A stretch of DNA of 64,000 nt, taken from NCBI GenBank assembly GCA_963782055.1, contig CAWAIF010000003.1, positions 512,001 to 576,000 on the forward strand. Reading direction: 5' to 3'. Shown piece after piece: positions 40,333 through 50,049 of this stretch. Below the pieces are notes generated by a model. That model made no database searches. It had not been told where the DNA came from and was given only the letters and a program-made list of their open reading frames with translations. Within the stretch, counting starts at the first letter, position 1. Every line of letters starts with the position of its first letter. The position numbers were made by a program, and so were the translations under genes. Source of the stretch: an uncultured delta proteobacterium. Its GTDB lineage: Bacteria; Myxococcota_A; Polyangia; Polyangiales; Polyangiaceae.

Positions 40333-42330
40333 TCACTTCACGCAGCGAAACCCGACGTCGGCGATGCGCGCCGACGGCGCGTCCTTCCCCCGGTCGGACG
40401 AGCGCACGTCGCGCTCCTCGTCGGTCGCGAAGGAGGCGCCGCGCGTGGTGCGGTAGTCGCTCGAGCAGTTGTTGCCGGGGTACGGGCAGCTCGCGCTCGC
40501 GGTCCACTCCGAGACGTTGCCCGCCATGTCGAACAGGCCGAAGGGGCTGCGCCCGGCGGGGAAGGAGCGCACCGGCGCGGTGCCGTCGAAGTGATCCGTC
40601 GCCGGGTAGAGCGCCTTCCAGGGCAGGCCCAGCACGCTGCCCTTGGTGGCGCACTCCGGGCCGCACGCGTTGAGGCGCTCCGCGGAGGGCGCCTCGCCCC
40701 CCCAGGGGTAAGTGCGGTCGTCCGCCCCGCGCGCGGCGTACTCCCACTCCTCCTCGGTGGGGAGGCGCTTGCCGGCATATTTGCAGTATACACGAGCCTC
40801 TCCCCACGTGACGCAGTTCTGCGGGTGCGACTGACGGTCCGCCTTGCCGGTGTTGCAGTAGGCGTCCCACACCGCGTGGTCCTTCGGCTGGACGCCCTTC
40901 CACGCCACCGTCGTCGCCGCCGCCCTGCACGCCCCCGCGGCGACGCACGCGGCGTACGCCTGCACCGTGACCTCGGAGAGGTCCATGCAGAAGGCGTTGA
41001 GGGTGACCGCGTGCACAGGGCGCTCGTCACTGTCGCCGTCCTCCGAGCCCATGCGGAAGGTGCCGCCGGTCACCGCCGCCATGCCGTCGGGGCAGAGCAG
41101 CTCGCGCACGCCAGCGCCGGCGTCGGCGGGAGGGGGTGGGGGAGGGGCGTCGCCGCCATCGTGACGGAGCATGAGCAGCAGCCCCGCCACGCCGCCCAGC
41201 GCGATCACGCCCGCCACGGCGAAGATGGCGATGGGGGATCGGCCCACCGGCACCTTGCCGACGGGCTCGTCGTCGGGCACCAGCGCGCTCGCGTCGCGCA
41301 CGGTGTGAGCAGAGCCGAGGTCCTGCGGCGTGAAGGCGCGCGCCGGGCCGGTCACGACGACACCACCCGAGGGCGGCAGCTGCGCCCCGCTGCCGGAGTC
41401 GATCCTGCCGCTCGAGGGCGCGCCGGCGCGCGGGGTTCCGGTCGCGTCGAGGAGCCCCTCGTACGCGATGCGCGCGTCGGGGTAGCGCGCGGGCGCCTCG
41501 CGCACCACGCACTTGCCGAACCACGCGTCGAACCCGGGCGGGAGCCGCCCGGGCGGCGCGCCCAGCTCCCCGGCGCGCACCGAGGCCGGCGGGATGTGCT
41601 CCAGCACCACCTCCCGCATCAGCGCGGTGAGGGAGGTGTCGTCCTCGTTGGCGGCCCGCCAGAAGTAGCGCCCGGTCAGCAGGTAAAAGGCGATGAGGCC
41701 GAGCGCCCAGACGTCCGCCGCCGGCGTGATGGCCGCGCGACGCTCCGTCTGCTCGGGCGCCATCCAGTGCGGCGTGCCCATCGCCCCGGTGTTGGTGGTC
41801 TTGGCCTCCTCCACCACCTTGGCGATGCCGAAGTCCAGCACCTTGACGGTGGGCGGGGCCCCCGCCGCGCGAGCCTGCCGCAAGAAGACGTTCTCCGGCT
41901 TGAGGTCGCGGTGGACGATGCTCGCCGCGTGCGCCGCGCCGACGGCGTCGCAGAGCTGTCCCATCACGCCGACGGTCTCCGCCCACGGCATGGGACCGCG
42001 CCGCTTCACCGTCTCCGCCAGGTCCGCCCCCACGAGGAGCTCCATCGCCAGGTACGGCGCGCCGCTCTCGGCGTCGACGCCGGCGGCGACCACCTCCACC
42101 ACGTGGTCGCTCTGGATGCGCGCGCCGATGCGCGCCTCCTGCTCGAACTTGGCGCGCAGCCCCGGGTTGCCCACCAGCTCCGGGTGCATCAACTTGAGCG
42201 CGCGCTGCCTCCCGGTGGAGAGCTGCTCCACCCGGTACACCGCGCCCATCCCGCCCTCGCTGAGCTTGTTCACCACGCGGAAGTCCCGCGCGAAGATCTC
42301 ACCGGGCTGGAGCGCGAGCAGGCCAGGCAT
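40333..42330 (-). CDS. Ser/Thr kinase fused to a SUMF1/FGE-sulfatase domain
   Basis: SEGGMGAVY, HRDLKPEN, DFG; TM; FRMGS, KRLPTEEEWEYAARG, GLFDMAGNVSEW, GFRCV. Confidence 0.93.
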   Translation of the reverse strand: MPGLLALQPGEIFARDFRVVNKLSEGGMGAVYRVEQLSTGRQRALKLMHPELVGNPGLRAKFEQEARIGARIQSDHVVEVVAAGVDAESGAPYLAMELLVGADLAETVKRRGPMPWAETVGVMGQLCDAVGAAHAASIVHRDLKPENVFLRQARAAGAPPTVKVLDFGIAKVVEEAKTTNTGAMGTPHWMAPEQTERRAAITPAADVWALGLIAFYLLTGRYFWRAANEDDTSLTALMREVVLEHIPPASVRAGELGAPPGRLPPGFDAWFGKCVVREAPARYPDARIAYEGLLDATGTPRAGAPSSGRIDSGSGAQLPPSGGVVVTGPARAFTPQDLGSAHTVRDASALVPDDEPVGKVPVGRSPIAIFAVAGVIALGGVAGLLLMLRHDGGDAPPPPPPADAGAGVRELLCPDGMAAVTGGTFRMGSEDGDSDERPVHAVTLNAFCMDLSEVTVQAYAACVAAGACRAAATTVAWKGVQPKDHAVWDAYCNTGKADRQSHPQNCVTWGEARVYCKYAGKRLPTEEEWEYAARGADDRTYPWGGEAPSAERLNACGPECATKGSVLGLPWKALYPATDHFDGTAPVRSFPAGRSPFGLFDMAGNVSEWTASASCPYPGNNCSSDYRTTRGASFATDEERDVRSSDRGKDAPSARIADVGFRCVK

Positions 42331-42394
42331 CGCATTTCACGCTATCAGCGGGCCGGGCGGCGTGGAAGGCACGCCCCCAGCCCTCGACCTCGCC

Positions 42395-45073
42395 TCATGC
42401 ATTGCGCACCAGACCCTCCAGCGCCTTCACCGCGCCGGGCACGTCCGGTCGGGCGGTGAGCACGCCGCGCATGAGATCGCCCACCGCCTCCACCCGCGGG
42501 GGTACCGTCCGGATGGTGAAGGTGGAGGGGTCGACGCCGTCCAGCTCCTCCCACGTGATCGGCGTCGAGACCCTGGCGCCAGGGAACGCGCGCACCGAGT
42601 ACGGCGCCACGATGGTGCGGCGCGGCCCGGTCTGCCCCACGTCCACCAGCACCCGCTTGCCGCGTCGCTCCACCACCCGCTCCAGCGTGGCGATGTCGGG
42701 GTGGCGCTGCGCCACCAGCCGCCCGAGCAACCCGCACAGCGTGTGGGCGGTCTCGAAGCCGATGCCCGGCCCGAGCGGGACCAGCACGTGCAGGCCCGAC
42801 TGCCCGCTCGTCTTGCAAAACCCCTGCAGGCCAATCGCGTCCAGCAGGCGCCGGAGCTCGCGGACCAGCGTCACGCCGTTGGCGAGCGTGGAGCGGTCGA
42901 CGTCGAAGTCCAGGGTGAAGAAGTCGCACTGCTCCAGCGACTGCGCGCGGCAGGAGAGCACGTGCAGGGGGATCGCCCCGAGGTTGGCCACCGCGAGCAG
43001 GCCGTCCAGATCGTTGATCAGAAAGACGCGCTTCTTCCTGTCCTCGTCCGCGGTGCTCAGCGGGATGTGACGGATCCACGCAGGGAACCCCCACGGCACG
43101 TTCCACTGGAAGAAGTGCTTGCCCGCCACGCCGTCGGGGTAGCGCACCAGCACCACCGGGCGGTCGCGCAGGTAGGGCAGCAGCGCGCCGGAGATCGCCT
43201 CGTAGTAGCGGCAGAGGTCCCCCTTGGTGTAGCCCTCCTCCGGCCAGAAGACCTTGTCCTGGTTGGTGAGCACCGCGCGCTTGAGCGGGTGGCTCCCGCG
43301 GTACGACGACGCCGGCGGCTCCTCCTCGTCGGCCTCCCCCAGCGCGCGCGCGGCCGCCTCCCGCGCCCTCTTCTCCTTGCGGAAGCGCGGCGCCTCCAGC
43401 GAGGGCAGGTGCACCGCGGCGTCGTGCGGGCCGGCGACGCAGTCCTCGGGCGCGCGGTCGTAGTCGACGCCGCGGAAGGTGGGGAAGCGCAGCAGCCCCT
43501 CGTCCGACCAGCCGAGGAAGCGCACGCTCACCACCACCTCCGGCTTCACCAGGGTGCGGCCCTGCGGGGCGCTGCCGAGCTTGCCCTTGAAGGTCACCTG
43601 CTTCGTCCGGAGCGGCTCCAGCTTCGCCAGCAGCGCGTCGATGGTCCTCTCGTTCAGACCGCTGCCCACCTTGCCGCGCACGCGCAGCACGCCGTCCTCG
43701 TAGGCCCCGAGGTCCAGCGCGCCGAGGCGTGAGCGCCCCTCGTTGCCGCGCGTGTAGCCGATCACCACGAAGCTCTCGTCGCGCTCGCACTTGATCTTCA
43801 CCCAGTTGGCCGTGCGCTTCGGCCCCGGACGGTACGGGGAGTCTGCGCGCTTGGCGACGATGCCCTCCAGCTTGCGCGCGCGGCAGAAGTCGAGCAGCGC
43901 CTCGCCGTGCGACTCGAGGTAGTCCAGCGCGCGGATGACGCCCTGCCCGGGTACCACCCGCCGCAGGATCTCCCGCCGGGCGAGCAGGGGCAGGCCGCGC
44001 AGGTCGTGGGGTCCGAGCGCCAGCACGTCGAAGACGAGGTAGACGACCGGCACGCTGAGCAGGGCGCGCCCGATGGCCCACTTCTCGTTGAGGTGGATGC
44101 GCTGCGCGAGGCGCTGGAAGTTGGGCACGCCCGCCTCGTCGAAGGCGACCACCTCGCCGTCCAGCACCACCCGCTCCGGCGCCAGCGCCCGCACCGCGCG
44201 CTCCACCTCCGGGTAGGCGGCGGTGGTGTCGCGGGCGGACCGGTAGGTGAGGGCGACGTCGCCGTCGCGCTTGTCGGCCACCACGCGCACGCCGTCCAGC
44301 TTCAGCTCGTAGACGTACCCGGAGCGGATGGCCGTCGGCAGCTCCGCGCCGACCTCCTCGTCCAGCGTGCTGCAGAGCATGGGGGAGACCTTGCGGCCGT
44401 CCACCTCTCCCTCCTTCGCCCCGAGCGCCCGCGCGCGGTCCTCCGCTTCCTTCACGAGCGCGGGGGCGCGCGCCAGCTCCCCCACCGTGAGCCCGCTCAG
44501 CACCGAGCGCGGGGCGTCCACACGCACGTCGTGCTCGCGGTCGGCGAAGGCGTCGTTCTTCTTGAGCAACAGCCACTCGTTGCCCTTGGCGCTCTTGTCC
44601 AGCTTCACCAGCGCATAGCGGCCGCGCAGCTTGTAGCCGCCGAGCACCAGGTCCACCTTGCCGCTCGCGAGCCCCTGCTCCGCGCTCGTCTCCAGGTAGC
44701 GCACCAGCCCGCGGTCCCAGCAGATCATCGGGCCCGCGCCGTAGTTGCCAGGCTCGATGACGCCCTCGAAGTCGACGTACTCGATGGGGTGGTCCTCGGT
44801 GCGGATGGCGAGGTGCTTCTCGGAGGGGTCGAGCCCCGGTCCCTTCGGCACGGCGAAGCTCGCCAGCACGCCGCCCACCTCCAGCCGCAGGTCGTAGTGG
44901 CGCCGGGTGGCGTCGTGCAGGTGCACCACGAAGGCGCCGGAGCGTGTCTCGCCCGAGGGGCCGGGGCCGGGCTCCTGATCCGCAGGCTCCGGCGGCTCGC
45001 CCGGGGGCTCCGGCGTCGCCTCCGCGCGCCGCTTGCTCCGGTAGCTCCGGAGCCTGTCCTTCGGGTCCGCCAT
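42395..45073 (-). CDS. ligD: NHEJ DNA ligase D (phosphoesterase-ligase-polymerase order)
   Basis: HYDLRLE..SFAVPKG..TEDHPIEY; ELKLDG, EGIVAKR, WVKIK; TNQDKVFWP, RYPDG, KTSGQSGLH, VAPYSVR. Confidence 0.95.
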   Translation of the reverse strand: MADPKDRLRSYRSKRRAEATPEPPGEPPEPADQEPGPGPSGETRSGAFVVHLHDATRRHYDLRLEVGGVLASFAVPKGPGLDPSEKHLAIRTEDHPIEYVDFEGVIEPGNYGAGPMICWDRGLVRYLETSAEQGLASGKVDLVLGGYKLRGRYALVKLDKSAKGNEWLLLKKNDAFADREHDVRVDAPRSVLSGLTVGELARAPALVKEAEDRARALGAKEGEVDGRKVSPMLCSTLDEEVGAELPTAIRSGYVYELKLDGVRVVADKRDGDVALTYRSARDTTAAYPEVERAVRALAPERVVLDGEVVAFDEAGVPNFQRLAQRIHLNEKWAIGRALLSVPVVYLVFDVLALGPHDLRGLPLLARREILRRVVPGQGVIRALDYLESHGEALLDFCRARKLEGIVAKRADSPYRPGPKRTANWVKIKCERDESFVVIGYTRGNEGRSRLGALDLGAYEDGVLRVRGKVGSGLNERTIDALLAKLEPLRTKQVTFKGKLGSAPQGRTLVKPEVVVSVRFLGWSDEGLLRFPTFRGVDYDRAPEDCVAGPHDAAVHLPSLEAPRFRKEKRAREAAARALGEADEEEPPASSYRGSHPLKRAVLTNQDKVFWPEEGYTKGDLCRYYEAISGALLPYLRDRPVVLVRYPDGVAGKHFFQWNVPWGFPAWIRHIPLSTADEDRKKRVFLINDLDGLLAVANLGAIPLHVLSCRAQSLEQCDFFTLDFDVDRSTLANGVTLVRELRRLLDAIGLQGFCKTSGQSGLHVLVPLGPGIGFETAHTLCGLLGRLVAQRHPDIATLERVVERRGKRVLVDVGQTGPRRTIVAPYSVRAFPGARVSTPITWEELDGVDPSTFTIRTVPPRVEAVGDLMRGVLTARPDVPGAVKALEGLVRNA

Positions 45074-45225
45074 GTCCTGTCCCGATCGTTAGCAAGCCGA
45101 CAATCGCTCGACGCCGCGGTCCCATCCTAGCGCGCCGCAGCGCGCCGCTGCGCATCCGCTCAGTCCGCGCAATTTTCTCCGCGCCAATTTCGACAATCCA
45201 CGGCCGGCCTCGTTACCATTTCGAC

Positions 45226-46089
45226 ATGCCCGCTCGCTCCATCGGATCTGGGACCATCTCCTTCGGCCTGGTCTCCATTCCCTTCAAGCTCTACACCGCG
45301 ACGTCCTCGCAGAACGTCTCCTTCAACATGCTGCACAAGAAGTGCGGCGGGCGGATGAAGCAGCAGTACTTCTGCCCCGTGGACAACGTCGTCGTCGAGC
45401 GCACCGACATCGTGAAGGGTTACGAGTTCGCCAAGGACCAGTACGTCCAGTTCAGCGACGAGGAGCTCAAGAAGCTGGAGGCGCAGAAGACCGACAGCCT
45501 GGAGCTGGTGGAGTTCGTGCCGGAGAGCACCGTCGACCTCGTCTACCTGGAGAAGAGCTACTACCTCGGCCCGGACAAGGGCGGCGACCGCGCGTATCAG
45601 CTCCTCAGCCAGGCGATGCGCCGCACCGGCAAGATCGCCGTGGGCCGCTTCTGGACGCGCGGCAAGGAGCAGCTGGTCCTCATCCGCCCGTACCGGCAGA
45701 AGGGCCTCATCCTGCATTACGTGTATTATGCAAACGAGGTGCGCGCCTTCGACGAGGTGGGAACGGGCGCCGACGCCACCTTCAAGGACATCGAGATGGA
45801 GCTCGCCGACAAGCTTGTCGAGCAGCTCTCCTCCGCGGAGTTCGAGCCGGACAAATTTCGCGACGAGTACCAGGACCGCGTGCGCTCCGCCGTCGAGCAG
45901 AAGGTGGCCGGCGAGGAGATCGTGGTGGCCGAGGAGGCGCCCAAGGCGCAGATCATCGACCTCTTCGAGGCCCTCAAGCGCAGCCTGGGTGGCGCCGAGG
46001 CCGGCGCGGAGCCCCCGCCCTCCGCCAAGCCGCCGCCGCGCAAGACGCAGCCGAAGAAGGACGAGAAGAAGAAGACGAAGGCCGGCTGA
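45226..46089 (+). CDS. ku: NHEJ Ku protein
   Basis: ISFGLVSIPFKLY, DIVKGYE, YYLGP, FRDEY, IIDLFEALKRSL, Lys-rich tail; divergent from ligD. Confidence 0.95.
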   Translation: MPARSIGSGTISFGLVSIPFKLYTATSSQNVSFNMLHKKCGGRMKQQYFCPVDNVVVERTDIVKGYEFAKDQYVQFSDEELKKLEAQKTDSLELVEFVPESTVDLVYLEKSYYLGPDKGGDRAYQLLSQAMRRTGKIAVGRFWTRGKEQLVLIRPYRQKGLILHYVYYANEVRAFDEVGTGADATFKDIEMELADKLVEQLSSAEFEPDKFRDEYQDRVRSAVEQKVAGEEIVVAEEAPKAQIIDLFEALKRSLGGAEAGAEPPPSAKPPPRKTQPKKDEKKKTKAG

Positions 46090-46099
46090 GAGGATCCTC

Positions 46100-46516
46100 T
46101 CAGACCGCGGCGACCCACTTCATCAGCGAGCCGCACAGGTTGGACTGCGGGTCGCGGTCGCGCTCGAGCTTCAGGCCGGTGCGAAAGAGCTCCCCGGCGC
46201 GCGCGTCCTCCCCGATGACGACGTGGCAGATGCCCAGCAGCTCGAAGTCCTGCGGCTCGCCGAGGGCGCCCAGGATCTCGGTGAGCGGACCCATCGCGGC
46301 GCGGTACGCCTCCACCATCGACGGGGCGGGATGGGCAGGAGGGATCTTCGCGTTCACCACCAGCTTGATGGCGTGACGCTGCTCCTCCATCGGGTAGGTG
46401 CGAAACACGGGGCTCCGGTAGAGCTCCGCGTACGCGTTGAACGCCTCGTCCACCTTGCCCGCGCGCCCGAGCCCGATGATCTCCTTGACGCGCTGAACCA
46501 GAGCCTCCGTCGCCAT
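46100..46516 (-). CDS. Hypothetical TPR-like protein
   Basis: Helical ORF; TATAGT 6 nt before ATG 46516. Confidence 0.65.
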   Translation of the reverse strand: MATEALVQRVKEIIGLGRAGKVDEAFNAYAELYRSPVFRTYPMEEQRHAIKLVVNAKIPPAHPAPSMVEAYRAAMGPLTEILGALGEPQDFELLGICHVVIGEDARAGELFRTGLKLERDRDPQSNLCGSLMKWVAAV

Positions 46517-46549
46517 GGCGCCACTATACAGCACCGCCGCGGCGGGGGG

Positions 46550-47059
46550 TCAGCCGCCCTTTTTTCCTTTGCGGAAGACGAAATAGGCGGCGATCGCGAA
46601 GAAGGTGACCAGCACACCGGCGAGGATCTTCATGATCGGGTACTGGTGTTCTTCCTCCTCCGGCTCGCTGGGGCCGGCCCCGTCGCCCGTCGCCCCGGTG
46701 CCGGTGCCCGGCCTGGACCCGTGCGCCGCCGCGCCGCCACCCGCGGTCTGACCCTGTGTCTGGTCGCCCGTCTGACCCTGATCGCCCGAAGCGCCGGTCT
46801 GGTCTCCCTGCTTGTCGCCCTTGGACTTGTCGTCCTTGCCGCCCGCCGTCGCGCCGCCCGCGCCCGCCCCACCGCCGGCGCCGTTGTCTCCCGCGGCCGC
46901 CCCGCCAAACTGCGACGTCGTCGCGCTGCCCGCGCCCTTCACGCGCCCGCCGACCAGCTTGAAGACCACCGCCGCGAGCACGAGGATGACGAACAGGATG
47001 ATCGCGTACTCGGTCATCCCCGCGCCACGCCGGTCGCGGAACACGCGCGTATGCCTCAC
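46550..47059 (-). CDS. Flp/type IVc pilin-like protein with low-complexity linker and C-terminal TM
   Basis: RDRRG|AGMTEYAIILFV Flp motif; G/D/Q linker; ILAGVLVTFFAIAAYFVFRKGKK. Confidence 0.75.
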   Translation of the reverse strand: MRHTRVFRDRRGAGMTEYAIILFVILVLAAVVFKLVGGRVKGAGSATTSQFGGAAAGDNGAGGGAGAGGATAGGKDDKSKGDKQGDQTGASGDQGQTGDQTQGQTAGGGAAAHGSRPGTGTGATGDGAGPSEPEEEEHQYPIMKILAGVLVTFFAIAAYFVFRKGKKGG

Positions 47060-47254
47060 GAGCAGCGGCCCGGGCGGAGTGACGGACGTGTGTCGAGCGC
47101 GCGCTGCATCGGTTGCGGGACGTATCGTAGCTCACCCTGCTCCCCGCGTCTGGTCTGCCACCCGGGCGCTGGAATTACGCCCCGCGCGACGTTTGGCCAT
47201 ACCCGAACGGCGCGTTTCGTGGGAGATCTGCGGATCACGGAGGCGAGCTTGGGC

Positions 47255-49255
47255 ATGCGCGCGGTCCTTTCTGCGGTCATCACCGTCGGTCTGCTTGCCG
47301 GGCCGGGGATCGCCCGCGCCGGCACCTTCGACACGAGCGGGGCCTTCTCCTTCGACCCCTCCGACATCGCGCGCGACGGCTTCGAAGTCCCCGTCGGGCA
47401 GAACGGCATCAAGCTCATCCGCGCGGCGGACGCGCTGGAGGGCCCCACCTACCTCAACGTCGATACCCAGCAGCAGTCGGCGGTCTTCCCCTTCGCCGTG
47501 CCCGCGATGGACGCCTCCTACCAGGCGCGCATCTTCGCGCGGACCAACCGCCTCGTCGCCAGCGTCAACATCGGCTACCCCGACGACAGCGGCTCGCCCG
47601 GCTTCTTCGCGCGCTTCTACCCGACAGGCGTGGTGACGAGCGACGGCTGGTACGAGCTCACCACCTCCGACTTCTCGGTGCAGGGCACGCGCGGCGCCAC
47701 GGCGAGCCTCTCGGTCTACGCGAGCGGCGCCGACGTCGACGCCTTCGAGGTCTTCCCCCACGGCACCTTCCGCTCCCTCTCGGCGTGCTCGCCACCGTTC
47801 GACTCGGCGTGCCGCTCCGATGAGATCTGCGACGCCGGCTGGTGCCGCCAGGGGGCGGTGTTCGTGCCCCCGCTCCCCCATCCGGATGAGCAGGGCCCGC
47901 TGGCGGACTGGTTCGAGCACCGCTTCCAGTACTTCTTCGGGGGCGCGTACTCGCGCGAGCACTACCTGCCGGGCGCGCTCGCCACGCTGGAGACGATGCG
48001 CCACGCCACCAACGCCTACGCCTTCTGGAACGGGCTCGGCACCGCCATCCGCCGCCTGCACGACTGGCACACGACCCTGGGCGGCCCCGTCTCGCTCCCC
48101 GGCCAAGGCGCCTTCCCCATCTGCTTCGTCGAGGGCGACGGCGATCTCTCCCACAACCTCGCGCCGAAGGACCCGAAGTACTACGACGTGCTCGTCTCCA
48201 GCGTCGGCCCGGTGGCCAACAGCGGCCTGAAGCCGGGGGATCGCCTCGTCGCGATCAACGGCATGCACCCCATCGCCTTCGTCGAGAGCCTGGACACGGT
48301 GGACTGGGGGATGTGGCGCGCCGACGACCCGGGCACCCACGCCGAGGCGGTGGAGCGCATGCCCGGCGTCATCCGGCGCTTCGCGCACGACATCACCGTC
48401 ATCCGCTGCGACGCCGGCACGAGCACATGCTCCGCGCCGGAGACGATCGACGTCGCCTCCCTTCCGCCGGACGCCTCCAACGTCCAGTACCCGTACTGCG
48501 ACGAGCGCCCGGCCTACCACCTCGCGCAGGACAACCCCGACCCGGTGAAGCACGACTCGTACAAGGGCGTCGCCTACGGCCTGCTCGCCGACAGCCAGCA
48601 GGGCGAGGACGCCTACGGGATGATCTGGAACGACGTCTGGCTCACCGACCCGAACCAGAACGCCTACTCCCCGGCGATGGACGAATTCCGGCAGAACGCG
48701 CAGGAAGTCATCCTGGATCACCGGCAGGGCAACGGCGGCACCGCGTTCGCCGCGGAGTACCTGACGGAGCTGTTCCGCCCGCTCGAGACGCTCGCCGGCG
48801 GCACCGGCTTCCACCTCACCGTCGGCGAGATGGACCCGCCCTTCACGATGCAGGTGGGCACCGCGCTCTACCAGCTCATCCAGGGCTACGATCCCTACGA
48901 GGTGGGCGCCAGCGACGCGCGCACCAACCTGCCGACCGCCCTGCTGCTCGCGCGCGACGGCAGCGCGAGCGACTGGTTCCCCCTCGGCATGAAGGGCTCG
49001 AAGAACGTGCGCATCTTCGGCCGGCCGACGGCGGGCGCGTTCTCCTCGTACATCCAGTGGGACTACTACGCGAACTTCAACTGGCGCCTCGCCTCCGGCG
49101 ACCTGCTCCACCCCGACGGCGCGAGCCAGCTCGGCTCCGGCGTCGTGCCCGACGAGGAGATCGTCCCCGAGCAGTCGGACCTGCTGGTGGGCAAGGACAC
49201 CGTCTACCTGCGCGCCCTCGACTGGGTGCGCACCTGCGTGGGGTGCCGCCAATGA
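47255..49255 (+). CDS. Secreted S41-family peptidase with PDZ-like domain
   Basis: Signal peptide, LHDWHT, SGLKPGDRLVAING, ILDHRQGNGG, GSASDWF, FGRPTAG, GVVPD. Confidence 0.75.
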   Translation: MRAVLSAVITVGLLAGPGIARAGTFDTSGAFSFDPSDIARDGFEVPVGQNGIKLIRAADALEGPTYLNVDTQQQSAVFPFAVPAMDASYQARIFARTNRLVASVNIGYPDDSGSPGFFARFYPTGVVTSDGWYELTTSDFSVQGTRGATASLSVYASGADVDAFEVFPHGTFRSLSACSPPFDSACRSDEICDAGWCRQGAVFVPPLPHPDEQGPLADWFEHRFQYFFGGAYSREHYLPGALATLETMRHATNAYAFWNGLGTAIRRLHDWHTTLGGPVSLPGQGAFPICFVEGDGDLSHNLAPKDPKYYDVLVSSVGPVANSGLKPGDRLVAINGMHPIAFVESLDTVDWGMWRADDPGTHAEAVERMPGVIRRFAHDITVIRCDAGTSTCSAPETIDVASLPPDASNVQYPYCDERPAYHLAQDNPDPVKHDSYKGVAYGLLADSQQGEDAYGMIWNDVWLTDPNQNAYSPAMDEFRQNAQEVILDHRQGNGGTAFAAEYLTELFRPLETLAGGTGFHLTVGEMDPPFTMQVGTALYQLIQGYDPYEVGASDARTNLPTALLLARDGSASDWFPLGMKGSKNVRIFGRPTAGAFSSYIQWDYYANFNWRLASGDLLHPDGASQLGSGVVPDEEIVPEQSDLLVGKDTVYLRALDWVRTCVGCRQ

Positions 49256-50025
49256 GCTCGCGCGCCGTCATCCTCTTCGCCCTCGGCGCCTCCGTCCTGG
49301 CCCTCGCCTGCGGGGAGGACTCCACCGGCACGCAGGGCGTCACCCCGCCGGTCCCGACGCAGGACGTGCCCCCGGCGGCCCCGGTCGCGCCGCACCGCAC
49401 CGTCGGCTACCGCAACCCCTTCGGGGACCTCTCCCACCCGGACAACCTCGTCGCCGACGGCGACTTCGAGCTGACCGGCCGCGGTGGACAGATGCCCTGG
49501 CAGGTCTACTCCGGCGGCGGGCAGGCCACGCTCGACTACGACACGGGTGGGCGTTGCCTGACCGGCGTGCGCTGCGCGGTCATCGGCAAGGGGCAGACGC
49601 TGATCGGGTACTTCGCCTCGCCGGTGAAGGGCAACGTCGAGATCACGATGCACGCGCGCTCCGACTCCGGCCGGTGTCTCGACGCGAGCATCTTCACCGT
49701 CGACCTGGCCACGGGCCAGCCGTCCTCGCCCGTCTACGCGCCGACGGCGTCCGACTCCAGCGGCTGGTGCACCTACACGGCGAGCGCGCAGAACCTCGCC
49801 GACAAGCAGGGCGTGATCGACGTCGAGCTCACCGGCAACGCGAAGGGCACCAGGCTCTGGGTGGACGACGTGCTCGCGCTCCCCGCCTCGGGCAGCGGCA
49901 AGAACCAGAAGGGGAGCGGCGTGCCGCCCTCCGCCGCGTCGGTCGCCCGCGCCGGCTTCATCGCCGACTGGATCCGCATACACCAGATCGTCGGCCTGCC
50001 CTCGCGCCCGGTGGACGAGCACTAA
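49252..50025 (+). CDS. Lipoprotein with carbohydrate-binding-like jelly-roll domain
   Basis: Lipobox LALAC; NLVADGDFE ... LWVDDV; ATGA overlap with the peptidase gene. Confidence 0.65.
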   Translation: MSSRAVILFALGASVLALACGEDSTGTQGVTPPVPTQDVPPAAPVAPHRTVGYRNPFGDLSHPDNLVADGDFELTGRGGQMPWQVYSGGGQATLDYDTGGRCLTGVRCAVIGKGQTLIGYFASPVKGNVEITMHARSDSGRCLDASIFTVDLATGQPSSPVYAPTASDSSGWCTYTASAQNLADKQGVIDVELTGNAKGTRLWVDDVLALPASGSGKNQKGSGVPPSAASVARAGFIADWIRIHQIVGLPSRPVDEH

Positions 50026-50049
50026 TCGGCGTGATCAGCGTCGCGGCGC

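Noticed and set aside
40333..41100. FGE-sulfatase (C-type-lectin-like) domain as a DGR target
   Set aside because: No reverse transcriptase and no template repeat seen in the window
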